Assembly (NCBI RefSeq): GCF_016433145.1
Contig: NC_058133.1
Span: 246,778,201 to 246,841,389 of the forward strand
Direction: 5' to 3'
DNA length: 63,189 bases
Origin: Gracilinanus agilis
Lineage: Eukaryota
The notes under the pieces are model-generated. The model was given only the letters and a program-made list of their open reading frames with translations, searched no databases and was not told the DNA's origin. Positions 36,501 to 48,400 of the stretch are shown here, one piece after another (positions within the stretch are counted from its first letter, which is position 1; the number at the start of each line of letters is the position of its first letter). The position numbers were made by a program, and so were the translations under genes.

Positions 36501-39500
36501 TAAACCATCTTGATTCTTCTTATTCAAGGATGACTCTATTCAAGCCCATTTTTTTCTTCTCCAGGTATGGGCTCAGATCCCCTCATTGAAATTACAGGTT
36601 ATGAATATGGATGGATACAACTAGAATGTACATCAGCTGGATGGTACCCCCAGCCCCAGGTAGAGTGGAGAAATCTTTCAGAAGAAACGATTCCATCCCT
36701 GGAGGAAAACTTGGTTCCCAGTGAAGATGGGCTGTTTGTTGTGAAATTGTCTGTGAATATCACAGATCACACAGTGGTTAGTGTGTTCTGTTCCATTCAA
36801 AACTCCCTTCTCAACAAGGAGTTGTTGACAGTGGTGTCTATACCAGGTCAGTTCTCAGCTTTAGATTATCCTTACAGAGTCATAGTCTTTATAGTCATTG
36901 GAGCACCATGAAGGGAGTATTTAAAAGGAAAATTTCTACCAGCTGTAAACTATGGGGCTAGACCAGTTGTCTCTATACTTTTTTGATCCATTAAAGTGTT
37001 TTAATCTCAACAAATACAACAGTTTGTTAAAATCAAAATTAGATTTGGAAAGCAGTTTAACACATCAGTAAAAAAAAAAAAAGCAATACTTCTCTGGGCT
37101 TCATTTGGATTCTATTTTGGAACAAAAAGTAATGTCCAAAGAATTTGGAAATAGGGAAAGAAGGAAATAGGGGAAAATTTCAACCAGAAAAATAACCCTT
37201 CCTTTTCCTTTTCTGAGTGGGGTCACAATCTGAAAGAATCTCCTCTTTTTTTATATTTGGAAAAGAGACCCTGGAATGTTTTGGCTCGTTTAACTCTTTC
37301 TCCTTTATGTCTTTTACCATAGAAACTGTTTGGATTACAACTTCCATTCCCTCTGAGAGCACTTCTGAAATCCCAGACCTAATAACAACTCCCAGTCCTG
37401 AAGAGGTCTCTACCTGGATGGTTGCTCTCACTGTGGCCTTGCCAGCTCTTGGCCTTTTTATTGCCTGTAGTATTTGTTTCACATGGAAACAACACAGGAG
37501 AAAAAAGACTCTATTTATAGAAAAAGAAATTGAATGCGAAGAAAAAGATGAAAAGGGGCAAGGTAAAAAAGAAAAGGAAAGGCAAAGATGACATTTTGGG
37601 GAATAAAAGAACCTCAGCTTCTGATATGGGATGCTGGAGAAGAAAAAACTGAAAATATATATAAAATATAATATAACATAATATAGAAATAATGTGTCAA
37701 TAATCTGCATATGTATATATCATGTCTCCTAAAACTCCATTCCCACACCACTAAACTTTCCTCTTAGTTAACCAAATGCAAAAGTATTTTCATCATAAAG
37801 ATATGAGTAAATGGAGATACTAATACTAATCTAGATGATGCTTCATTGTTCTTGGTTCCTTGGTTTCAGAGGACATTCATAAAGGGATTATTCTCTGTTA
37901 TATATTCCAGAAACAGATTGCTAAATCTTTCTTTCTTGAGATCCATTGGTTCCTTTCCAGAGAAATTCAAGGAAGAGCTCAGTAAATTCAGCATTCTCCT
38001 TATTCTCTAATTCCTCTTAGAGATAATTTGCTTGTTTCTCATATAATAATTATATAAAAGAGTTCTAATCTTTCTGTTTGTCCATTGCAGGATGGAGAAG
38101 GACCCAGTTACATGCTGGTGAGTGACTCTTATGTTCTCTGTGAATCTAAGATCTCTCTTTTCTCATTCCTCAGGCTACTACTACCTCCCCCCCACCCAAA
38201 AAAAAAGATGGGAACAGGACAGAACAGTCATCTAGAGGGCAAACTAAATACAATACCAAAAATAAAAGAGTTGAAAGTCTCTGTAAGATTAAGCAATTCC
38301 CCTGGGACTACCATGGAATGATTTGGAGGAATCATTGAGTTTCATTATCAGTTCTACAGTCATTTCACTGGCTTCTTTGTTATTTTAAAAGATAAAGTCC
38401 TCTGGAGATGGGAAGTCCTGAGTTCAAATGTGATCTTAGACACTTTCTAATTGTGTGACCTTGGGCAAGTCACTTAACATCTATTGCCTAGCTCTTTCAG
38501 CTCTTCTGCCTTAGAGCTGATACTTGATATCAGTTCTAAGACTTTTTAAAAGGTAAGGGTTTTGTTTTGTTTTAAGTAGTCGTTGGCATAAGCTTATTGG
38601 AGGAAGGAAAGTATCTCAAACCACTAAACCTGTTGTCTTCCATATTTTGAATTAACAAAGTCATTAAACTCAGAACTTTCCTTTGGCTAATACAGTGTTT
38701 CCCTTACTATGATACTATGAAATGGAAGGTATCTTAATGGCCATCTAGTCCAATCCTTATCCAAAAGGAATCTCTGCTGTGTCTCAGGCTCTACTTGAAC
38801 ACCTCCAATGAGAGGGATTCAAGGCAACATGTTACATTTTGATAACACTTATTATTAACATTTTCCCAACATCAAGCATGAATTGGCCTTCTTATAATAG
38901 CCATCTATTGTTGTGCTTCTTATAAGATTCCATTAGCTTTTTGTGGCTGCCAACTTCAGTTGAGAATGCAGTCCACTAAAACTCCCAGATATTTTTCAGA
39001 CAGACTGCTGACTATCTTGCCTTCAACTAGCAATGCTGACTTTTTAAACCCAGCTAAAAGATTTTACATTTATCCCTGTTGAATTTCCTCTCATTAGATA
39101 CCATTTAATGATCTAGCCTATCAAGATATTTTGGGATCCTGACTCATTCATTGTGTTACCATCTCTGCCAGTTTTGTCATCTGTATTTCTGATCATTTTA
39201 TACAAACAAAATTGTTAAATAACACAAGGCTAAATATAGATTCCTGAGGCAGTCCAATGAAGATCTCTTCTCAAGTTGATATTGATATTCTTTGAGTTCA
39301 GTCATTCAGTCAGTTCAGGATGCATCTAATTGTAGTATTGACTGGTTCCCATCTCTCCATTCATTCCACAGGAACAGAAATTATAAGCCACTTTATGATT
39401 TGTTTTTCTAAAAAAGTAGGAGGGCTTTAGCTACCATTTCTTCTCATTAAAAAAAGTTAATAACATAGTAAAATAAAAGGAAATAAGGATAGTCTGACAT

Positions 39501-42500
39501 AGCCTCAATCTTGTAATCACTACTTCCTTTTTCTTGATGCTCAGTAATCATTTCTTTATTGATCTGTTGTATAAACTTTCCAGGAATTAATAATTAATAA
39601 TAATAATAATAATAATAAAATTCCTTGGCCTATAATTTTCAGACTATTCTCTTCTCTTTTCTGGAAATCATGATATGCCTTTCTCTGATTCTTTGAAATT
39701 TAATCATTTTCCATAAACTTTAAAGTATCACTGATGATGACTCCACAATTATAACTGTTCTTTCAATGCTCAAGAATATTGCTTCTTTTGGTCAGGTAAC
39801 TTGAATCTTAAAAGGAAACAAGGTGTTCTTTTACTATCTCCTAACTTATTTATATTGAGTATCAGCTCCCTCTTGGCTCTTTCTTGTTCCATCTTTTCCC
39901 ACTCAAAGGTTATTCTCCTTGAAAGGGAAAACAGACAAAATAATGATCAGGCAGCACTGCTTTCTCTCTTCTGTCAGTTGTCATCATCCTGTTTGCCCCA
40001 ATTAGCAGTTCTATCTCTTGTTTAATCTTTTTCTTTATCATTTTATCAAGATAGCTGAAAAAAATTAAAAATAAAAAGCCTTTCCTATTGTCCCTATTGT
40101 TCTTTACCAGCTCATTGTGTGTTAACATCATACTACTCTCTTATATTCATCCTTTTGCTTCCCATTTTTGTAAATAACTTTTGAAAATGAAATCTGATTA
40201 ATTTCCTATGTATCCACATCAGTCTTTTCAAACAAGCCCCATTTTTCTTCCTTGATGAAATTGTTTCTTTTGGGGTCTTCAGACTTTTAAATAGTAAGAG
40301 TTTCCAATCCTTTCTCACCTAACTTAATCCTACCTTAGTGTTCCCCTGAACACTTGGAAATTGCTAGGAAACATTTCAGACTGTGCTCAGATTTCTTCTT
40401 CTCTGCCACAGACTCTAGGAGGGAGAAGTTACTTCTCTAAACCACAAGTTTCACTTCATCTCCCTTTCAGTACCCAGTACCCTGTTAGTGAGGATCAGAT
40501 CCAGAATAGAATTTCCCCCTTGTCAGTTCCTCTACCTTTTAAAATGATGATAGAGAGAAACTCCACTAGATTTCTAGATAATTAAAGTCTTCTATCACTA
40601 CTCTATCATGCCTTTGGGCCAGATTCATAATCTATTTTCCCAAATTTCTCATTTCCTTTTTCCATCCAAGTATTTTGTAAACTTGTTTCTAATGACAAAA
40701 TCACTTGTTTCTCCTCCTATTGATCTTCACCAAAATATCATTATTTCCCTGATCTGGCTTCTGAATTTTCTCTTCTTTCCCACCAATAAACATAGTTTAT
40801 TAAACATCAGTTGTGTTCCTGGCATTATGCTAGACCCTTGAAATTAAAAAAAAATTAAAAAAGTTAAACAGTCCCTGTCCTCAAAGAGGTTACATTCTAT
40901 CTGGAAAAAAACCACATACACATATTTGTAGATAAAGGGAGCTGATATAAGCTGTAGGGATTTTTATCTCAATTCACATTCATGCTGATGAGTCAGGTCC
41001 AGAGCATGGTTGCATATTCCCCCTCAGGGATATAAGGTTACACTTAAGGAAATGGTATGTCTTTCTAATGTTATCATCTTAAGCACCCTCTTCTGGTGTG
41101 TTCTTCCCAATATCAATCACAAGATACAGCTAGTATTTCTCTTACATCATTAATACCCTGCAGTGATTAGCACACTCATTTCATTCAACCACTTAACATC
41201 AATTAGCTTTTCCAAAGAGATATTTGCTGAGAAGATATAGTCAGAACAACAATACAAATATTTCCACCCAACTTTCAGGGCCACACTCTCCTTTATTGTC
41301 ACCTCAATCTCTAGGAAGAGAGGATTGAACCTTAAAGCAATTGCTACAAAGCATTCACCCCACCACAGTCATGTCTCAGTACAGCATGGGTGTTGGACAG
41401 AGTCAAGCTCTTGTAGGACCTGGCATCTCAGCTGCAGGATGAGTCTATGGCTAGGCTAAGCCTCGAGCACTCTGAGGGGCTGCACTAGAAGACTGGACTT
41501 GTCTGACCACATTCTCTAGTGTGAACTCTTGTCCATGAACCTCTGGTACTCTCCCAACCTTTCAGAACTCACAAAGTCAGTCTATTCTTTTCTATCTCCA
41601 GTACTGCTTCATACAAAGCAGGCCAGAATAGACATAACAGGAACATAAAAAAAAAAAAACCATAAGGCCATATACTAGAAGCTTCATGTTGACCTGAAGA
41701 AAAGACTAAGTCACTGACAAAAATTCTCTCTGAACAACAAGGACATGCACTTATGGCTCCTTGAAATAAAAGATCCTTCTACCACTCAGAGGTCAAAAAT
41801 ACCTTGCCTCCTCATTAGTCATCACCAGAGAGAAAAAAAGAACTCATTCCTGGATTTTCTAATGTGCTATAACTTCTTAATATTTGATGCTACCATTGGA
41901 CAACTAGGTTTGACCTCAGATACTCTTTAGCTGTGTGATCCTGGGCCAGTCACTTAACTTTTATTGCCTAGCCCTTACCATTCTTCTAACCTGGAATTAT
42001 TGATTCTAAGACAGAAGGTAAGGTTTTACTATAATCTATATCTATCTATAACTATCTATATAGAGCTGCCCTGTGAATATTCACACCTAATTTTACCTAT
42101 TTCTTTTGAATAAGTTATATCCATCCAGAACAAATATTTCAGTCATGAGTTTTATTTCACCAAATCTCACTGACATGAAGTCAAGAGTGCTTCCTTATAC
42201 TTAAACCTTAATTTCCCTTGTTGCTGCCTAACTTATTTGTGTATAGACATTACACACTTTTTTTGGTTTTGTTTTTTTACCACTGGATTTTTTTCTTAGA
42301 TTTTAGTCTTCTTTAAAATGTAGCAATTTTCAATGGTACAAAGTTCTGTGGATATATATGAATGTATGAATAAGCAATTTGCTCTTTCTTCTATATTGTT
42401 TTGAAGCCCCTTCATTGTTGTTGGTTTTTTTCAAGATATCAAGCCCTTAACATTTGTTAGGTGCTTATCATCCTTGACCAGAAGTCTACTATCCCTATAT

Positions 42501-44652
42501 AGCTCAGAAATTCAAAACTTAGCCACATACACCATGAATCAATTTTCCATTTTACATTCCATTCCTGCAATGGACAGTAATGTGGAAAATATTACCTTTG
42601 CTTCATGCCTTTCAGTTTCTTGCCTTCATAATTTGGGGCAACACTTTGTAGTTTCTACTGGCAATGTCATTTGTACCCACAAAAGAAAGTGCCAGGATTC
42701 AGTAGTAGTCATCCATCATGATGAGTCGCAGCTCATTGTTAGCTCTTAGATACACCGGAAAAAAAAAATTTCTCTGATCAACAAACAGCTGCTTCTTTAG
42801 CCCTAAGCAGAGAGTCATCAACCACCACTTTGTCCTCAGTCCTCTAAAACCTCCTTTTCAGAAAAAGACTCAAATGTGTTATTTTGGATTTTTTTGTTAT
42901 TTTTAATTCCAAGTTTTCAATTGTCCATTTCCTTCCTTTGCTCCACTACAAAATATTCTCCTACTACTTCCAACACTTTAGATTCTTTTCCCTCCCATAN
43001 NNNNNNNNNNNNNNNNNNNNNNNNNNNNNNNNNNNNNNNNNNNNNNNNNNNNNNNNNNNNNNNNNNNNNNNNNNNNNNNNNNNNNNNNNNNNNNNNNNNN
43101 NNNNNNNNNNNNNNNNNNNNNNNNNNNNNNNNNNNNNNNNNNNNNNNNNNNNNNNNNNNNNNNNTCAATAACCTATGGAGAAGAGTTTCTAAATCCCTTC
43201 ACCTTCTTTTTGAAGAAGGAGAAAAATTTACCCTTAAAATATGTTTATGCTTCCCAGAATGAGAGCATTTAGGGCCAAATCAGGACCATTTTAAAATAAT
43301 GGTTGAATTGCCCTTTGGCAAAATAGTCCCTAATGTGTGACAAATTGGGGTTCCTTGGAAAGACATATACTGCTACAGGGACCAGTTGACTACAGTGCCT
43401 CAGAGAAGCAAGATAAAGAGGTAACTATAATACTTAATTTTAAAAAGTAAGGATGCATATACATATTGACAACTAGGAGACCTGGCTATGTTCTCCTTCA
43501 CATAAATTAAATTAAATATGGATCCAGTTCCTCATCTGTGAAATAAAAGGTTTGGACCTCTTATGGTTTTTTTCTAGCTCTAAAATGCAAAAGCTTCATA
43601 CCCTTCCAAGTTTGGCCCTGCTCATAGGATCATATCATGTGTATTGTAAGAATGATTATGTCTAATCATGAGGAAACAGTTTCTGTGTTATGCTAGAGAA
43701 AGATCTCTAATTTAGAATTAGCAAAAGAACAATGTCACCAGATTCAGTAGTTAAGGTGGATTGTAGAAATGGTAAGTGGTATGCAGATAAATTTCTCTAG
43801 CAGCCTTTAGTGCTTAGGCCCCTTCTCTGAGGATGGGATGTCTGTAATGATCAACTCCCATAATGACAGTTTCTCTAATTTTAGTGGTGATAGGGAGAAA
43901 GCTATGATTGGAACACTATGGAACATCAGGAAAGAATGAGGTCCCAAAGAAAAGATATACAAGAAAACCTCTACAACCCTCCGTCCCTCCTTTAATATCC
44001 TTTAAGTACTAAATAGGGTCCAAAGTCAGAGATAGAACACTCCCAAACTGAACCAAGAATTCTTTCTTTAGCTGATGTGACTCTGGATGGAAATACAGCT
44101 CATCCTGAACTCTACCTCTCTCAGGATTTGAGAAGTGTGATTCGAGGAGATACAAGGCAAGATCTACCTGACAACCCTGAAAGGTTTGACTGTAGACCAT
44201 GTGTTCTTGGCTGTGAAAGTTTCACCTCAGGGAGACATTACTGGGAAGTGGAGGTAGCAGACGTCATGGTGTGGGCCCTTGGCGTCTGCAGAGAAAACTC
44301 TGAGCGAAAGGGGGAGGCCCTACTGATTCCTCAAAATGGTTTCTGGGTCATTGAATTGTTTGGAAATAGATATCAGGCCCTTACCTCTCCTGATATTCTC
44401 CTCCCTTTGTCAGATCACCTCTATAGGGTGGGAATTTTCTTGGACTATGAGGCTGGAGATGTCTCTTTCTACAATATGATTGACAGATCCCACATCTATA
44501 CTTGCCCCCGAACCTCTTTCTCTGGGCCTCTCAGACCTTTTTTCAGGCTCGGGTCTGATGACAACCCTTTGGTCATCTGCCCAGCATTCACTGGAGCTGA
44601 GGGAGTCACTATTCCAGAAAGTGGCCTAATCCTTTATAGAAGACCCTACTGA
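30480..44652 (+). CDS. BTN2A2: Butyrophilin subfamily 2 member A-like; join(30480-30564, 30813-31160, 36565-36846, 37323-37562, 37961-37981, 38091-38117, 44072-44652), 1584 nt, 527 aa
   Basis: All exons have GT-AG borders and phase-1 junctions with no stops; Ig[14 protein letters not shown] and YFQEGRSYD and B30.2 [24 protein letters not shown] match BTN2A and lie closer to BTN2A2; probably pro-orthologous to both human BTN2A genes. Confidence 0.9.
30813..31160 (+). CDS. BTN2A2: BTN2A IgV exon (348 nt)
   Basis: QFTVVAP..HCHL..WFR..GRYHC..DLKVA; typical BTN IgV exon size. Confidence 0.95.
35815..36200 (-). mobile_element. L1 3'UTR fragment in BTN2A intron
   Basis: T-rich start; similar to the 23094-23835 L1 3'UTR; imperfect TSD TTTGAG(G/T)CAATTT. 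Confidence 0.75.
36565..36846 (+). CDS. BTN2A2: BTN2A IgC exon (282 nt)
   Basis: [33 protein letters not shown]; typical BTN IgC exon size. Confidence 0.95.
37323..37562 (+). CDS. BTN2A2: BTN2A stalk + transmembrane + juxtamembrane exon
   Basis: Long pyrimidine tract to CATAG|; [26 protein letters not shown]; basic KQHRRKK; donor CAAG|GTAAAA. Confidence 0.85.
37961..37981 (+). CDS. BTN2A2: BTN2A 21-nt heptad exon (EKFKEEL)
   Basis: TTCCTTTCCAG|..|GTAAAT; BTN EKLQEEL equivalent. Confidence 0.9.
38091..38117 (+). CDS. BTN2A2: BTN2A 27-nt exon (RWRRTQLHA)
   Basis: TTGCAG|..|GTGAGT; BTN2A RWRRTFLHA equivalent. Confidence 0.92.
38740..41560 (-). mobile_element. Ancient CR1/L3 fragments in the last BTN2A intron
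   Basis: Antisense CR1 RT/EN-like phrases (TTTACATTTATCCCTGTTGAATTTC, CATCTCTGCCAGTTTTGTCATCTG, AATAAACATAGTTTATTAAAC L2/MIR inserts); fragmented. Confidence 0.5.
43000..43163. other. Assembly gap (164 N) in the last BTN2A intron
   Basis: Run of N. Confidence 1.
44072..44652 (+). CDS. BTN2A2: BTN2A B30.2 (PRY-SPRY) exon
   Basis: [39 protein letters not shown]..stop TGA 44650-44652. Confidence 0.97.
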
Positions 44653-45241
44653 CCCCTGATGAGGGGAAGGAACTCTCAGGTTCAGGGCTTAAGTTGCCTA
44701 ATGGATAGAATTTATTTTATCATATAGCTTTTAAATTTGATCATTTCTTCTAAGAAAGATTCCCTTTCTTTTCTCCTCCCACCTCTCTTTCCTCCCTGAG
44801 CTCTGACTGCCTGCAAAATCTAGTTCTGTTCCTCACAAGGCAAGCCGACTTAGAGACTGGTGCAACCAAAAAAAGATTTCCTAACTGGGCAGGGAGAGAT
44901 GTTGGGGAGAGGAGGAATGGTGAGGGAAATAGAAGGTAAACTTTATTAAAGTTGCAGTACTGGGATGGGGATTGAAAGGATTTGAAGAAAGGACAAAAGA
45001 ATAGGAGCTTGAGCTCTGGAATATACATCAGCAATTTTCAGAGTAAAAAAGAAACCAAAGAACCTCCTAGGGATAAGGAAAAAGGGAAGATTATAGGCTT
45101 AGGTCAGATATTTTGAATATAGAAACAGGGAACTTGGGAAGAGAAAAGAAGCTTGTAAAGATGTGAAATCGACAATGTCAGGTATGATTCAAGGGAAAAA
45201 TGTTATTCTCTGGACCCATCCTTTTTTAAAAAACATACCTT

Positions 45242-45445
45242 GGGGGCAGCTGGGTGGCTCAGTGAAGTGTGAGCCAGGCCTAGAGATGAGAGGTCCTAGG
45301 TTCAAATCTGGCCTCAGACACTTCCTAGCTGTGGGATCCTGGGCAAGTCATTTAACCCCCATTGCCTAGCCCTTACCACTCTTCTGCCTTGGAACCAATT
45401 CACAGTATTGACTCCAAAACGGAAGGCAAGGGTTTGAAAAATAAA
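45242..45445 (+). mobile_element. Monomeric SINE1-like SINE downstream of the BTN2A stop
   Basis: GGGGGCAGCTGGGTGGCTCAGTG head, B box, tail ending AATAAA 45440-45445. Confidence 0.9.
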
Positions 45446-48400
45446 TGAATGAATGAATTAAAAACACATCTTATCTGATCCTGTAATCCCCTAAAGCAGG
45501 AATCCTTTAACCTAGAGTCTATTTTCCTACAAAAAATCCATGAATAGATTTCAGATGATTCATGAATTTGAATGGGAAAAAAATACATCTTTATTTCAAT
45601 ATAATGTTTCCTTTGTAACAAATATATATATATATACATATAATGCATTTACAAACATCATTCTGAGAAGGGGTCCATAGGCTTCACCAGACTGCTGGAA
45701 AAAAAAAAGTTTAAGAATCACTAACCTAAAACTATCCTATGTCTCTCTTCCCTTTCACATCTTAACTCCTAGAAAAATTATCTTCATTTGTTACCTTCAC
45801 TTCCTCACCTGTCACTCACTTCTGAACCCCTTGTAATTGGGTTTAGACCCCATCATTCTACTGAAACCTTTATCTCCAAGGTTATCAGTGCTCTCTTTGT
45901 AACCTCTTTCCAGTGTACAGAGACTGTTACTGTAAAAGCCAGCTAAGAGCTCAGATAGTGTTGCAGTAACTTTAAGAGCTGACTAGGACTGTTAGGGGAA
46001 CGACAGGCTGACAGTTAGGGGTGACAATTAAGAAATGGTTCCCTTTGTATGGAGTAAGGAAGAAAGTGGGTGTTATAAACTCCAAGACACTAGTTGAATG
46101 TTAGTGATTATTATTTCCAGCCTCCAGGATTTCTTGGGTCAAAAAGTCCCAGATCTTATTCTTGGAAGGAGGAAAGACCAGCACCCACCTCTTGGGGAGC
46201 TGGCTGAGAGAAGAAGGGAAAGTAAAAAAAGCTCTGGTACTTTATAGCTCTTGCTTTACTTTCATATGCATTTATCTTGTATCATTCCTTATTACAACTA
46301 TTTGTATATATGTTACATCCCCTTATCTAGTGTTTCTACATTTCTGACAAACATTTTTGGAATTTGGGAATGAAAAATCAGAATTTGTGGGAATTCCCAT
46401 GATCAAAAATTATTTCATATTTTTCATAAGATTTTATTTATATGTTTTTAAATAATGAGTGACCATAATAAAAAAATTAATCTTTTTTCTGTGATAGAAA
46501 TATACAAAAAGTTTCAGTGGCTTTCTGTAAAAAAAATAATAAAAGTAATAATAAATATATGATTTATTGTTAATACAACATAGTATGACAGTTATTTAAA
46601 ACATCCAGCACTGGACTAACTGATTTCCTTTATCTTCCTTAAAATATTTCCATTTGTTATACTCTTTACTCATTATTGCAAGTATCTAAAAAACTTGCTT
46701 AATAAATGAGAAATATTGTTTGGTAGTGTTTATAAAGAGCTATAGCCTGTAGCAAACACTGGAAAATGCAAGTGAAAATTACCAGTTAGTACTTGAAGAG
46801 CATAACATTCAGATTTCCTAGCAATATTATCAATACAACACAAAATCAACAATCAAAATTGCCTACCTAAGGGCTTATTTTGCTTCCAAAACTTATGTCT
46901 TGGAACACTACACATAATGGTTTATATAAAGCAGTGGTATCAAATTCAAAAAGAAGCACACTGACTGAAAAGCACAATTTGACCTTATCTACGTTATTGG
47001 AGGATTTTTATTTTGTTAAATATATTTAATTACTTTTTAATCTAGTTTGCAAAAAGCCAGAAGTTTTGCTGTTTGTGACACCTCTGAATTATAAAAATAC
47101 AAAATACTTTATCTATGGTGGTAGTTAATAAAACATACTATGCATATAAACTTATTAATGTTTTATTTGCAAAAATGACTCACTGCTTGTTAAAGACAGG
47201 ATCAAAAAACACACACCTCTGACAGCTCATGATCACCTTTCTCATACCTCCTTTTCTTCTTTCCATTTCCTTCTACCTTAACATAAATGTTAACCATAAC
47301 TTTTATCTATGTGCCAGCATTCCTTTTCTTGTTTTGACTTGATATCAGTTGATTCCTTTAAATCAAAAATGTCTCTGTGAAAACTGTTGACCTTTGATTC
47401 TTGCAGAATTATACTTCTTCCCAACTTCTCAAGTGATTTTTTTGAGAGATTCAGAAAAAAAACATCAAATTCTCAAAAAATTCCAGGAAGGATTTCCTGC
47501 ATGGAAACACTACCCCTACCAAAGGGCAAGGGATAGTTTCTCAATTTTTGCATCTTCCTTAAGACCTAGTTTAGTGTACTGCACAGACTAGTGATCTGCA
47601 CATGTTTGTTGAAGTTAGATGAAGGGAGTGAAGAGATAAATTTGGAAAATGGCTACAGAATCTCCATTAAAACCCAGCTGAGGCACCATCTTCTCCGGGA
47701 AGCCATTTCTCCCTATTCACCCCAACTCTCCCCACACTCCACCAGGCAACATAGAGCATTTTTCTTAAACCATTCTATGACATTTGTCATTAATTATTTC
47801 ATATTAGAATTATATATGTGTATGTCATCTCCCCTAATGTGCTGTAAGTTCCATGGAGAGGGAACCCCATCTTTGTTGCCTCATAGAAACTTACAAAAAT
47901 GTTTGTGAAATGGATATGAAAGATTTGAGAAAACTCAACCAGGGTTATTGTGAATATTTGAAAAGAAATTTTGTGCTCAGAGACCAGGAGAAAGCCATGA
48001 CCTTTATCAGACTCTGAAACACAAACATGTCTCTCATGGCCTTTACTGAGTCTGATGTTCCTAGTGTTGTGAATACATTCTGCTTCCTGCTCCAAGAATC
48101 AGGTCTGCTATGTCACCCTCTCATCACTCCAAAGAGGAACCTTGAGGTATTTTTCTACTGTCATCAGTTCAAGATCCCATTGGCTGTGTTCCCCTTATTG
48201 TTAGAGGACAGTACTTAGCACCTCAGTTCCATTGATTAGCTTTTTACAAAAAAAGATAATTACTTCGATATTATAGCAAAAAAAACCCCAAAACATGCAA
48301 ACACCCTTCCCACCCTAATATCTTGAGAGCACACTAGATATTACACCATTTTAGGAGTGGAGAGGAATAAGCTCAATTTAGTATATGTCCTATATAACAT

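Noticed and set aside
37180-37710. 176-aa hydrophobic antisense ORF
   Set aside because: Reverse complement of the purine-rich BTN2A TM exon and A-rich intron
42876-43262. ORFs spanning the N run
   Set aside because: Artefacts of untranslatable N codons
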